In this document: positions 27,814 to 37,594 of the stretch, one piece after another
Layout of the letters: each line of letters begins with the position of its first letter
How positions within the stretch are numbered: the stretch's first letter is position 1
Origin: an uncultured Nitrososphaerota archaeon
GTDB taxonomy: Archaea; Asgardarchaeota; Njordarchaeia; Njordarchaeales; Njordarchaeaceae
Assembly: GCA_964518475.1 (NCBI GenBank)
Contig: CAZFGR010000007.1
Span: 1 to 64,000 of the forward strand
Length of the DNA stretch: 64,000 bases
Reading direction: 5' to 3'
Notes under the pieces: generated by a model
What the model was told of the DNA's origin: nothing
Seen by the model: only the letters and a program-made list of their open reading frames with translations
The model's database searches: none
Program-made: the position numbers and the translations under genes

Positions 27814-28314
27814 TTACTGAAGGAACTTCTCTAAATACCTAATTATTTCCTCAACAGTTCTAGCTGGGATAATATAGTCTTTCCGTCTCTCATCTATTCT
27901 AGAACCAGCTAATTTCTCGGACCATCCTCCAAAACCTTTCACAGCTATTATAGGTTTACCATACATCCATGCATAAGCAATCTCGCTTAATGTACCACTT
28001 TTCCCTCCTATAGCAATTATCACATCTGAAGCCAATACAACTATAGAGTTCCTGGCCCAACCCAGCCCGGTTGGAAGCGCTATATCAATATAAGGATTTG
28101 CTTCATCTTTCGAAAATCCTGGGAGAATGCCTACGGTAATACCACCAAATCTCTTGGCGCCCTTAGCCGCTGCTTCCATAACTCCTCCTCTCCCTCCACA
28201 GATCAGTATATAACCCTTTTTGGCTATTTCTTCTCCTAATTTCTCAGCGAACCTCGACTCATCCTGGTTACTTGTTTCAGAATCACCTATAATACCGATG
28301 AGAGGTAGGGGCAT
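27814..28314 (-). CDS. LOG/SLOG family Rossmann-fold protein (TIGR00725-like)
   Basis: CGGRGGVMEAAAKGA, VGILPG, ARN, GGKSGTLSEI. Confidence 0.9.
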   Translation of the reverse strand: MPLPLIGIIGDSETSNQDESRFAEKLGEEIAKKGYILICGGRGGVMEAAAKGAKRFGGITVGILPGFSKDEANPYIDIALPTGLGWARNSIVVLASDVIIAIGGKSGTLSEIAYAWMYGKPIIAVKGFGGWSEKLAGSRIDERRKDYIIPARTVEEIIRYLEKFLQ

Positions 28315-28456
28315 AGTGAGTATCCTCCAAGATATGTACTTTTAATATGAGATTTACCGTGTCTATTAGTAACTATCTTTTTAAACTCTGTATCATCATT
28401 AGCTAACGATTTTTCGGTAGTTTTCTTGAGAGTAAATACTCTGGAGGGAAATCATA

Positions 28457-28864
28457 GTGAGTGACGTAGCTAGAACGCATACAGAAGTGTCTAAAGAGTT
28501 AGTGGGTGAAGCGGTTCAAATAATTACTGGGAAGAAAGCAGTTGTGAAACTAAAAACTACAAATATTATGAGAGTAGATGAGAAAGGACTTGTCCACGGA
28601 GGCTTTACCTTTGGCCTAGCTGATTATGCAGCCATGTTAGCGGTGAATCACCCTTATACGGTTCTTTACAAGGCAAATGTCACGTTTCTAAAACCTGTTA
28701 GGGTTGGAGATGTTCTTACAGCTATAGCTGAGGTAATAAAGGTCGAGGGGAGAAAATATTACGTGAACGTAGAAGTATATAAGGACGATAAAGAGAAAGT
28801 ATTCACTGGAGAATTTCTTTGTATAACCCTCGAACAACACGTTTTAGATCGGTGTAATGATTAA
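28457..28864 (+). CDS. PaaI-like hotdog thioesterase
   Basis: GLVHGGFTFGLADYAA, FLKPVRVGD. Confidence 0.9.
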   Translation: MSDVARTHTEVSKELVGEAVQIITGKKAVVKLKTTNIMRVDEKGLVHGGFTFGLADYAAMLAVNHPYTVLYKANVTFLKPVRVGDVLTAIAEVIKVEGRKYYVNVEVYKDDKEKVFTGEFLCITLEQHVLDRCND

Positions 28865-29138
28865 CAATTGTATAGTTGTATATAAATTCTGCGAGTGATT
28901 TATAATACATGTACAGAAGTTTTATATATATAATACGTGGGAAGTAATAGAGTATACGGACGGAAAAATCCAGAATAGAATATAAGCATTATCTATCTTG
29001 TACTTCATCCCTAGAAATAATCGATATACTTAGCTCCTTTGAGCTATATTTTCGTAGCTCTTTTGACTTAATATAAGTCTGATAGAGTATTGTTAAAATA
29101 CGTTTGAATTGCTCTCATCTTAAAGGAGGTGAAGAGTT

Positions 29139-30221
29139 ATGGCGGAGAAGATTCGTGTAGCAATAGCAGGTGTAGGTAACTGTGCATCCGCGTTAGTTCA
29201 AGGTGTATTTTACTACAAGGATGCTAAGGAAGATGAGTTTGTTCCAGGACTAATGCATGTCAACTTTGGCGGCTACCATATCAGAGATATTGAGTTCGTC
29301 GCAGCCTTCGATGTAGATACTAGAAAAATAGGCAAGGATCTTAGCGAAGCAATATTTGCTGGAAACAACTGCGTACCAAAATTTGCTGAGGTACCAAGAC
29401 TAGGTGTTAAGGTACTACCAGCTCCTATCCTAGATGGTGTAGCTCCTCACATGAAAGAGGCTTTCTCTGTCTATGACCCAAACGAGGTAGAACCTGTAAA
29501 TGTCGCTGATGTACTAAGAGAGGTAGATGCGGACGTACTAATAAACTTCACGCCTGTGGGTAGCTACCACGCGACTAGGTATTATGCACAGGTAGCATTA
29601 GATGCCAAGGTAGGATTCATTAACGCTATCCCAGAATTCATTGCCAGCGATCCAGAGTGGGCTAAGAAATTCGAGGAAAGAAAAGTACCAGTAGCTGGTG
29701 ATGATATCAAGAGCCAGTTAGGAGCTACGATTCTTCACAGAACACTGGTGCAACTAATGCTAGATAGAGGAGTAAAGCCTAAGAAGACTTACCAGTTGAA
29801 CATTGGAGGTAACACAGACTTTCTCAACATGACTGTGGAGGAGAGACTAAAGTACAAGAGAATAAGCAAGACAGAGGCTGTAACAAGCCTAGTAGAGGGT
29901 GAGATTCCTACCAGAATAGGTCCTAGCGACTATGTTCCATTCCTAGGAGATACAAAGATTGCTTATATTTACTTAGAAGGCGAGAAATTTGGTGGTTTTC
30001 CAGTAATTATCGAAGCAAAACTAGTAGTAGCCGACTCTCCAAACAGTGCTGGAATGGTAATTGATGTCATAAGAGCTGTTAAATTAGCTATTGACAGGGG
30101 TATTGGAGGACCATTGATAAGTATCTCAGCGTACGCTTTTAAGCACCCACCAGTGCAAGTGCCCGACTACATTGCTAAAGAGTGGGTCGAGGAATTCATT
30201 GCTGGCAAACGAGAGAGATAA
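29139..30221 (+). CDS. ino1: myo-inositol-1-phosphate synthase
   Basis: GVGNCASALVQG, GDDIKSQLGAT, QLNIGGNTDFLNM, SKT, DSPNSAG; SD GGAGGTG. Confidence 0.96.
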   Translation: MAEKIRVAIAGVGNCASALVQGVFYYKDAKEDEFVPGLMHVNFGGYHIRDIEFVAAFDVDTRKIGKDLSEAIFAGNNCVPKFAEVPRLGVKVLPAPILDGVAPHMKEAFSVYDPNEVEPVNVADVLREVDADVLINFTPVGSYHATRYYAQVALDAKVGFINAIPEFIASDPEWAKKFEERKVPVAGDDIKSQLGATILHRTLVQLMLDRGVKPKKTYQLNIGGNTDFLNMTVEERLKYKRISKTEAVTSLVEGEIPTRIGPSDYVPFLGDTKIAYIYLEGEKFGGFPVIIEAKLVVADSPNSAGMVIDVIRAVKLAIDRGIGGPLISISAYAFKHPPVQVPDYIAKEWVEEFIAGKRER

Positions 30222-30226
30222 ATGCT

Positions 30227-30748
30227 TTAAGACATTCTTTCTTCTTTTTTCAACTCGTTTAAACAGAATTCTATTAATTCCTTAACATTGTTTGGGACAT
30301 TCTCGTCTTCTAAAAGTTCGTTAGCTACTGAGATTCCACATGCTTTGATAGCGTCTAGAGGTGAAATAACAGTTTCTCGGTTATAAATGGCTTTCAGAAC
30401 TTGGAGAAGGCTTCCTTTCTTATCATTAGTCTTTTTTAGCACTTCTAATATAGTCTCCTCAGCTAGTTTTCTTATTTCATAATCGGGATCATTCTTAGTT
30501 AAAATGAAAATACTATCGAAGATTTCTGAGTCCCAGTAACCAACTTCTTTAAGGGCTTGGAGTGCCGCTATCTTCACTTTAGAACGATTTTCATAGGGCA
30601 GACCAATAAATATTCTCCTAATCTTTCTCTTCTCAACATCATCCTCAGCGGCAAGAGCTTGTTTCATGAGTCTAATAATAGCTTCTCTGATACTCTCTAC
30701 ATCTCCATATCTCAGTGTTAGCGAAAGGTCTCTGTCGCTATGGGACAT
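30227..30748 (-). CDS. Short HEAT-repeat protein
   Basis: SKVKIAALQAL, DPDYEIRKLA. Confidence 0.6.
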   Translation of the reverse strand: MSHSDRDLSLTLRYGDVESIREAIIRLMKQALAAEDDVEKRKIRRIFIGLPYENRSKVKIAALQALKEVGYWDSEIFDSIFILTKNDPDYEIRKLAEETILEVLKKTNDKKGSLLQVLKAIYNRETVISPLDAIKACGISVANELLEDENVPNNVKELIEFCLNELKKEERMS

Positions 30749-30848
30749 TCTCTATACCTGATGAAGAAATATTTCGGTAAGGAAAAAGTATTAATAAGTA
30801 TTAAAATATTTACGAAAAATAACCACACTTCCAAAGTCATTGAAATTA

Positions 30849-32000
30849 TTAAAATTCAGTTGTGATTACCTTTTTTATGAAATCCTTTACAAGTACGACA
30901 TCATTAATATACACAAATTCGTCTTTTCCATGGATATTATTATCGCTTCTTAATGCTCCAAACTGTATCACAGGCATCCTATTAATTAAATGAACTCCAT
31001 CAGTACCTCCAAGCTCTACAACGATTCTTACTTCCTGACCCAGCAGCTCTTCAAGAATTTTCTTAAATTTCTCGATTATCTGTTTATCTTCCGTTACCCA
31101 TCCGTTTATAAGTCCTCTAGCTTCTATTTCAACGCTAATTCCTGACTTCTTGGCGAAGTCTAATATCATATTCTTAAGCTCCTGTGCGACCTTCTCAGCG
31201 TCCTCTTCTGGGATTGTTCTTCTATCAATTATGATTTCACAATCGCTGGGAATAACGTTTGGAGCGATTCCTCCATGGATCATCGTCACACTTAGCCGGG
31301 CTGGTAATCTATCGTAGTATTCGGGAGCAGCGTATTGTGAACGTTTCTCTTTCTCAAGTCTCTTTGCATATTCCTCTAAGAAACTAATTAATTTAGCCGC
31401 ATCGTATATTGGGTTCTTTCCACGGAAGGGATATGCTGAATGTGCCTGTTTTCCTTTCACTATTACTTTTACTCGCGCAGCTCCAGATGCGCCAATCGAT
31501 AATCCCTCAGGTCCTACATCGAGAACCACAGCTATATCGCCAGAAATTTTGCGGAAGAATTCTACAGATTCGCCAGTTTCTTCTCCACCAGCTACTATTA
31601 GCTCTGGGATGATCTTAGGGATTAGATTCTCATCAAGTACTTCCTTTAATGCTACTAAACCAGCAACAATACCTGATTTGTCGTCAGCAGCTCCTCTTCC
31701 ATAAACTTTACCATCTTTCACAATAGGATTAAAGGGATCAAAACTCCATCCATCACCGGGAGGAACAACATCGTAATGGGTCAGAAAAACTACACGCTTG
31801 CCATCTTGTGGCGTTTCTGGTAAAGTGATCTTTAGATGAGGAATACCTTTAGAGTCAATAATTCTCTCAACAACTAATCCGAATTCCCTAGCCCTCTTCT
31901 CTATCACATCAACCATTTTATGAAAATTCTTGTGCTCAGTCGAAGTAGTATCTATAGCAACAAACTCCTTTAGTAATTCAATAATCAAGTCACGGCTCAT
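30849..32000 (-). CDS. M20 family metallopeptidase/deacylase (ArgE/DapE-like)
   Basis: HYDVVP, GRGAADDK, EETG, GKQAHSA, GGTD, HGKDE. Confidence 0.92.
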   Translation of the reverse strand: MSRDLIIELLKEFVAIDTTSTEHKNFHKMVDVIEKRAREFGLVVERIIDSKGIPHLKITLPETPQDGKRVVFLTHYDVVPPGDGWSFDPFNPIVKDGKVYGRGAADDKSGIVAGLVALKEVLDENLIPKIIPELIVAGGEETGESVEFFRKISGDIAVVLDVGPEGLSIGASGAARVKVIVKGKQAHSAYPFRGKNPIYDAAKLISFLEEYAKRLEKEKRSQYAAPEYYDRLPARLSVTMIHGGIAPNVIPSDCEIIIDRRTIPEEDAEKVAQELKNMILDFAKKSGISVEIEARGLINGWVTEDKQIIEKFKKILEELLGQEVRIVVELGGTDGVHLINRMPVIQFGALRSDNNIHGKDEFVYINDVVLVKDFIKKVITTEF

Positions 32001-32013
32001 TATAAGCTCCCCT

Positions 32014-33015
32014 CTAACGAAGATCAATAGTATGTTCTATTTCAGGACCAGTACTGATAATCTTCACTGGAATACCAACTTTTCTTTCTATTTCTTCTAT
32101 AAACTGAACAGCTCTATCGCTCAACTTATCAAAATCTTTGACACCAGCAGTTTCGGGGAATAAAATATCTAGTTTGGTCAAGGCAATCATTGTTGCACTA
32201 TTGAGTTTCACAGCTCTTCTAGCCAAGTCAAAATTAAATGGAGCAGCCCTACGTTTTCTCCCAGTCACAGTCGCTACCTCTAACCAACCCCTACGAGCAG
32301 CCTCTTCTTCTGGTATTTCTCCGGGCAAAGGACCAGCTCCAACCCTAGTAACGTACGATTTAAAGACTATTATGACATCTTTAACATACTTAGGCCCTAT
32401 CCCCACGTCAGCACAAATACCCGAAGCCGTTACATCATCGCTTGTAACAAATGGGTATGTGCCATGGTAAAGAGAGAGAAACGTCCCTTGAGTGCCTTCT
32501 ATGATCACTAATTGTCCTTCATCTAAAGCGTTATGAAGCTCTCCGGGTACATCAGTTAGAAAGTCCTTTAATTCTGGAATATCTCTTGCAACTTTTAACT
32601 TGCGTAATGCTCTATCAGCATTCGCTGGGCCGCAACCAGTCCCCGTCGTTCCTATACGCCCTTTTAAATCGGGTTTTTGATCACGCTCGATATGGTCTTT
32701 CTCGATAATACCACATTGATAATCAACACCGAGTCTTTTAGGATTAATCCCAGTTACTTCCAATTCGTTAAAGAGAATTTCAGGATTTACTAAAACACCA
32801 GGACCTATTAAGAGTCTGGCATTTTCATAAACGAAACCGCTTGGTATCTGCCTAAGCTTATATACTTTGCCCTTATAGGAGACTGTATGACCAGCATTAG
32901 GTCCAATACCACCTCTAGCAATTATAACTGGTCTATCTTGTAAGGCTAAATAACCAACGATTTTTCCTTTACCTTCATCACCAAAAAATCCTCCAACAAT
33001 TACGGTAGCTGACAA
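32014..33015 (-). CDS. purA: Adenylosuccinate synthetase (short archaeal form)
   Basis: [54 protein letters not shown] start 33015 after SD GGGGTGA. Confidence 0.96.
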   Translation of the reverse strand: MSATVIVGGFFGDEGKGKIVGYLALQDRPVIIARGGIGPNAGHTVSYKGKVYKLRQIPSGFVYENARLLIGPGVLVNPEILFNELEVTGINPKRLGVDYQCGIIEKDHIERDQKPDLKGRIGTTGTGCGPANADRALRKLKVARDIPELKDFLTDVPGELHNALDEGQLVIIEGTQGTFLSLYHGTYPFVTSDDVTASGICADVGIGPKYVKDVIIVFKSYVTRVGAGPLPGEIPEEEAARRGWLEVATVTGRKRRAAPFNFDLARRAVKLNSATMIALTKLDILFPETAGVKDFDKLSDRAVQFIEEIERKVGIPVKIISTGPEIEHTIDLR

Positions 33016-33180
33016 GAAATCACCCCTAAAAACAACAACCCAACTATCACATTGTTCCTTACTTATAAGTATAACTTCCATTGATTATCCAAAAAAGTAA
33101 TGATAAGTAATCTTTTTCTAAAGTTTTGTGAGCCTACTGATATTTTATTAAGGAATTCTTTAAGAGCCGCGTGATCGATA

Positions 33181-35085
33181 ATGGTAAAGAAGCTCAGAGA
33201 TCTTGAACGAATATATCTTGAGGAAAGCGATTGGTTAGTCAGGGAAAATGCTAACGTGAATAGATCATACAGTAGTTTCATAGGCTATATCCTTGATAGA
33301 TATGTAGTGAATCCTCAAACTCTCTCTGAATACTTGCCCGAAGAGTTCGTTAAGAGACATTTTCAGGGCGATATCCATATCCATAAGTTACCGCACTCAT
33401 TATTTATCCCCTATTGTGTTGGTTGGTCCTATTACAAACTTTTAAAACTCGGCTTGAAAACATCCACAATAAATACCAGACCCGCGAAGCATTTAGACAC
33501 GGCAATCTCACATCTAGTCAGTTTCTTCTTCTTAGCTAGTCAGGAATGGACTGGGGCTCAAGCAGTTTCGGCATTAGATTTGTTTCTTGCACCATTTGTA
33601 AAAATTGATAACCTTGATTTTGCTAGGATTAAGCAGTCTCTTCAAAGGTTGGTTTATGAGCTTAACTATCCCAGTAGGTTAGGGTTTCAGAGTCCCTTTA
33701 CAAATGTCACCATAGTATTGGATACTGTTAAATCATTTTTAGAAGCAGAAGCTATTGTTAGTGGTAAGAAGGCAGGTGTATTAGGAGACTATATAGAGGA
33801 GGCACAAAAGGTAACGAAAGCGTTTCTAATGCAGTATTTGCAGGGAGATGCGGACGGTAAACCCTTTACTTTCCCAATAGTCACCATAATGATTACTGAA
33901 AGATTCGATTGGAATGGGACGAAATGGGACGGATTAACAGATCTAATTTTTGAAGTTTTATCTAAGCGCGGAGCTCTATACATATTGAATGGTTATCAAG
34001 CGAATGTAGAGTCTCTATATGCCATGTGTTGTAGACTTACAATTGATTTCGAGAAACTTTTCGAAAAAGGAGATGTTTTCAGGGTTGAGAAATCTCACCT
34101 CGAAGACATTTTAAGTAAGCCCGTTAGGGTCAGAGGAGTCTGGGCCCTACCCGATGCCACGGGTAGCATAGGAGTCATAACAATAAATCTTCCCCGTCTA
34201 GCGTTTTCTACTCAAGAGGAAGACTTATTTTTTGATAGGTTGCGAGAATTAGTTCAAAAAGCGAGGGAATTATTAAGAATTCTTCGAGAGAGGTACAAAT
34301 CTTCGCTTAAAAAAGGATTGATGCCTATTACGAGAACATATCTGGGTAGTCTTGTTAATCACTTTAATACCATTGGTGTTATAGGGTTACCCGAAGCAGT
34401 TGCTAATCTAATGAATAATCATGAATTATGGATAGAAAGCAGTAAACGAGAGCGAAAAGAAGCTATTTTTATGGAGAAGAAGATAGTACGAGAGATCAGA
34501 GAATTATGCGAAGAGTTTGAAAAAGAGGATGGAGTTCTGTACAATATAGAGGAAGTTCCCGGAGAGAGTGCTTCTTACAGACTCGCGTCAAAGGATTTTG
34601 AACTTGCGAAGAAGCTAGGACTTAAGCCTTACATACCCATGGTGAATGGGGTTCCATTTTACAGCAACAGTATTGTGCCTTACTACGCCGATATACCTCT
34701 TTCAGAACGTATTCTGCTGGAAAGCGAGGTTCAATGCGAATTCACAGGAGGCGTAATGATGCATATATTCCTAGCAGAGTCTCCTGATACTAAAGCTCTA
34801 AAGAGAATGATATACCACATAACCACTAAGACAAAAATAGTGTACTTTAGTATCACACCTACCATAACTACGTGCAATGAGTGCGGATGGACTGGAGTAG
34901 GAATAAATCAAAAGTGCCCGAAATGTAGTTCTGAACGCATAGACATATGGAGCAGGATCGTTGGATATTACAGACCAATTAGGAATTGGAATATTGGTAA
35001 GAGAAACGAGTTTTTGTCTAGAATTCATTACTACTTCTCTTCTTCAAAAACAATGAAACCTAAGCACATCTTATCATTATCATAA
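33181..35085 (+). CDS. nrdD: Anaerobic (class III) ribonucleoside-triphosphate reductase, no ATP cone
   Basis: ENAN, IHIHKL, FTFP, MCCRL, EVPGES, Zn ribbon CNEC..CPKC, glycyl-radical loop SRIVGYYRP. Confidence 0.94.
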   Translation: MVKKLRDLERIYLEESDWLVRENANVNRSYSSFIGYILDRYVVNPQTLSEYLPEEFVKRHFQGDIHIHKLPHSLFIPYCVGWSYYKLLKLGLKTSTINTRPAKHLDTAISHLVSFFFLASQEWTGAQAVSALDLFLAPFVKIDNLDFARIKQSLQRLVYELNYPSRLGFQSPFTNVTIVLDTVKSFLEAEAIVSGKKAGVLGDYIEEAQKVTKAFLMQYLQGDADGKPFTFPIVTIMITERFDWNGTKWDGLTDLIFEVLSKRGALYILNGYQANVESLYAMCCRLTIDFEKLFEKGDVFRVEKSHLEDILSKPVRVRGVWALPDATGSIGVITINLPRLAFSTQEEDLFFDRLRELVQKARELLRILRERYKSSLKKGLMPITRTYLGSLVNHFNTIGVIGLPEAVANLMNNHELWIESSKRERKEAIFMEKKIVREIRELCEEFEKEDGVLYNIEEVPGESASYRLASKDFELAKKLGLKPYIPMVNGVPFYSNSIVPYYADIPLSERILLESEVQCEFTGGVMMHIFLAESPDTKALKRMIYHITTKTKIVYFSITPTITTCNECGWTGVGINQKCPKCSSERIDIWSRIVGYYRPIRNWNIGKRNEFLSRIHYYFSSSKTMKPKHILSLS

Positions 35086-35173
35086 GCTAGTATTAAGCAT
35101 TATCAAAAAGCAGAATAATTTTTAATAGCTTTTTGTATCATGTTTTCATGGTTTTCAATTTCAGAACTCTTGG

Positions 35174-35533
35174 ATGATAGCTATGAAGCCAGAGGAAAGA
35201 AAGCGACTAATCTTAGAGAAGCTTGAGGAACTAAGTAAGCAAGCTAAAGTAGGGGGATACGTAATAGTTACCGAAAAGAACACAAATAAGTATATTCAAA
35301 TATCGATGATTACTGGAGAAGAGAAAGTTCTTCTAGAAGTCCCAGAAGCACAGCTTTCTAAGGATGAAGTAGCGAAAATAAGTAATATTTTAAGAGAAGT
35401 ACCATGTGAAGAGGAATATATCGGTTTGCAAATGAAAGTAGATAAGGAAGCAGCTGTAGAATTGATTGAGAGAATATTTAGGGAAGGTCTAGGGCTTCCC
35501 GAAGACTACGAAATAACTGTGGAGATATCATAA
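35174..35533 (+). CDS. Hypothetical protein
   Basis: 119-aa ORF with plausible composition filling the intergenic space. Confidence 0.6.
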   Translation: MIAMKPEERKRLILEKLEELSKQAKVGGYVIVTEKNTNKYIQISMITGEEKVLLEVPEAQLSKDEVAKISNILREVPCEEEYIGLQMKVDKEAAVELIERIFREGLGLPEDYEITVEIS

Positions 35534-35629
35534 AAAACTCCTAAAGTTTTCCCTCATCTAAGACTTATCAGCACCTGAAGTTATAGATCTCGATTGATAA
35601 TCTTAACGATAGTCGCTGGGGCTATTTCT

Positions 35630-36010
35630 ATGCCGGGCGATTCCATAGAAACCGGTTTTGGATGGATAAGAATTAAAGAAACAAAATTCTCACATGATGT
35701 AGTAATAGATCCGGAAGGACGTGTTTATCGAAGACCTAAGGAGTTATCGGCATCAAAAAAGAGCATCTATGGACACACACCACTTACGCGCGAAGAAGTA
35801 TTGAAAATCTTAGAAATCGTGGGGGATATTGACCTATTAGTGATAGGTACTGGGCAATATGGTAAATTACCGATAGAGAAAGAAGCTCTAGAAGAACTTC
35901 GTAAAAGAGGTGTAAAAGTAATCACTTCCGAGACACCAAAAGCTATTTCTAGATACTTAGAGGTAAAAGACAAATATAAAGTAGCATCTCTTTTTCATGT
36001 CACCTGTTGA
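35630..36010 (+). CDS. Mth938/DUF498 family protein
   Basis: GFGWIRI, HDVVI, LVIGTGQYG, TPKAI, C-terminal HVTC. Confidence 0.9.
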   Translation: MPGDSIETGFGWIRIKETKFSHDVVIDPEGRVYRRPKELSASKKSIYGHTPLTREEVLKILEIVGDIDLLVIGTGQYGKLPIEKEALEELRKRGVKVITSETPKAISRYLEVKDKYKVASLFHVTC

Positions 36011-36021
36011 GGTGAAAAAGA

Positions 36022-36714
36022 ATGTACACAAGTTCCTTATTTTCGCTTCCCACGACGCGAGATATTCTAATAATTGTAGTAGCGTTTCTTTATACTGGGC
36101 TAGCAATAGTGCTCATAAAGGAAATATTTAAAGGGTCATACATTTCCAAGAGACGAATGACTCACATATCAATGGGTGTATGGCCGGTCTTCTGGCTCTT
36201 TTTTGAGACATGGTTAGCCGCTGTTCTAGTACCATTAATAGTTACATTACTACTGGCGTTTGCTCCTGAGAAATTTCGGCAACTATTTTCACGTGGAGAC
36301 GAAAAGCACATAGGGTTGGTTATTTACGCTCTATCATTCACTGTTTTAACAGCATTATTCTATGCACCAAAGGGAGGTCAACCAATTTTAGGTGCACCAG
36401 CGATTGGAGCTGCTGGCGTCTTCTGTTTAGCTTTTGGAGATGGCATCGGAGGTTGGATTGGACGAATGTATGGCCGCCACAGATATAAGGTTCCGTGGGC
36501 CAAAGAAAAGTCCGTAGAAGGTAGTCTTGGAGTTTTTCTAACGTCGCTTATCTTTATCTATATAGCTTCTATGATGTTTCCTCCCGTATTTAGTCCGGTA
36601 AAGATAATTATTGGTGCTTTAGTGGCAACGATATTAGAGGGTTTCTCACCCGCGCATTCTGATAATCTATTCGTTCCTCTGGGAGTAGCGTTTGCGTTAC
36701 TCCTTCTCCCCTAA
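36022..36714 (+). CDS. Phytol/dolichol kinase-like CTP-dependent membrane kinase
   Basis: RRMTHISMG, LAFGDG...GRMYGRH, KSVEGS, DNLFVP; multiple TM helices. Confidence 0.85.
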   Translation: MYTSSLFSLPTTRDILIIVVAFLYTGLAIVLIKEIFKGSYISKRRMTHISMGVWPVFWLFFETWLAAVLVPLIVTLLLAFAPEKFRQLFSRGDEKHIGLVIYALSFTVLTALFYAPKGGQPILGAPAIGAAGVFCLAFGDGIGGWIGRMYGRHRYKVPWAKEKSVEGSLGVFLTSLIFIYIASMMFPPVFSPVKIIIGALVATILEGFSPAHSDNLFVPLGVAFALLLLP

Positions 36715-36737
36715 CACTGTTTTCTTCTTTATGATTT

Positions 36738-37511
36738 TTATGTTAAATCACCGCATTCGCATAAAGTATCATGAATAATGGAGTATAAGTCATCAATGTT
36801 TCTCTTTTGTAAGGCGGAGATTGCGATGAGTCGAGTAGGTGGTAAGAAATCACGTAATATCTTTAATAATTGTTCTGATAATTCCGCAAAGACGCCTGTA
36901 TCTCGCGTGGAAAGATGCTTATGAAAAGCTTCGGGGTCGTTTAAGAATTGATCAAACATCTGTACTGTCTTTTTCTCCGCTATATCTATTTTATTTAACA
37001 CGAATGCGAGCTCTATATCCAAATGGAATTTAACGGCGAGAGCTAGTAACATATTCATGACCACGTCTGAGGGTTTCTTAATGGAGGATCCATCAACTAT
37101 AAAGATACCTACAGTACCTCTTCCCCGAATAAAACTCATAACCTTGCTCCCAATTTCTTTCAATGCAAATAATTCTAATTGACCCGGCGTATCTATTAAG
37201 ACATAGGAAGCTACCAGAGCCAATCTGTGGATATTTTGAATAATTTGATGAATATTTTCAAGCATTATTTCGTGAGCTCTTAAAAGCCCACCATTCGGTC
37301 CTAGTCTTTCCCTAATCATTAACTCACGCAAATCTACTAGCTCCCTAATGTCATAATCTGCTTTATAGGGAAGATAGATTACTCCAGGGTCTAAATTAAC
37401 TATCGCAACTTTTTCACTAGTCTCCCGAAGATACTCCGCTAAAGCTTTTGTTACTGTCGTCTTTCCAGAACCAGCAGGGCCTATTAAAAAGACAAAGCTC
37501 ATTTTTATCAC
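36738..37511 (-). CDS. GPN-loop GTPase
   Basis: GPAGSGKT, NLDPG, LGPNGG, DTPGQLE, NKID, ISA. Confidence 0.93.
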   Translation of the reverse strand: MIKMSFVFLIGPAGSGKTTVTKALAEYLRETSEKVAIVNLDPGVIYLPYKADYDIRELVDLRELMIRERLGPNGGLLRAHEIMLENIHQIIQNIHRLALVASYVLIDTPGQLELFALKEIGSKVMSFIRGRGTVGIFIVDGSSIKKPSDVVMNMLLALAVKFHLDIELAFVLNKIDIAEKKTVQMFDQFLNDPEAFHKHLSTRDTGVFAELSEQLLKILRDFLPPTRLIAISALQKRNIDDLYSIIHDTLCECGDLT

Positions 37512-37594
37512 CAGATGACATATTTAATATGAATAATCATTTATTTAAGATGATTATTGGTGTTTCTCCCCGGCCCAAGAATCAGGTGTTAGTG

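Noticed and set aside
29031-29046. TAGCTC-cttt-GAGCTA palindrome upstream of ino1
   Set aside because: A 6-bp arm is too short to separate from chance.
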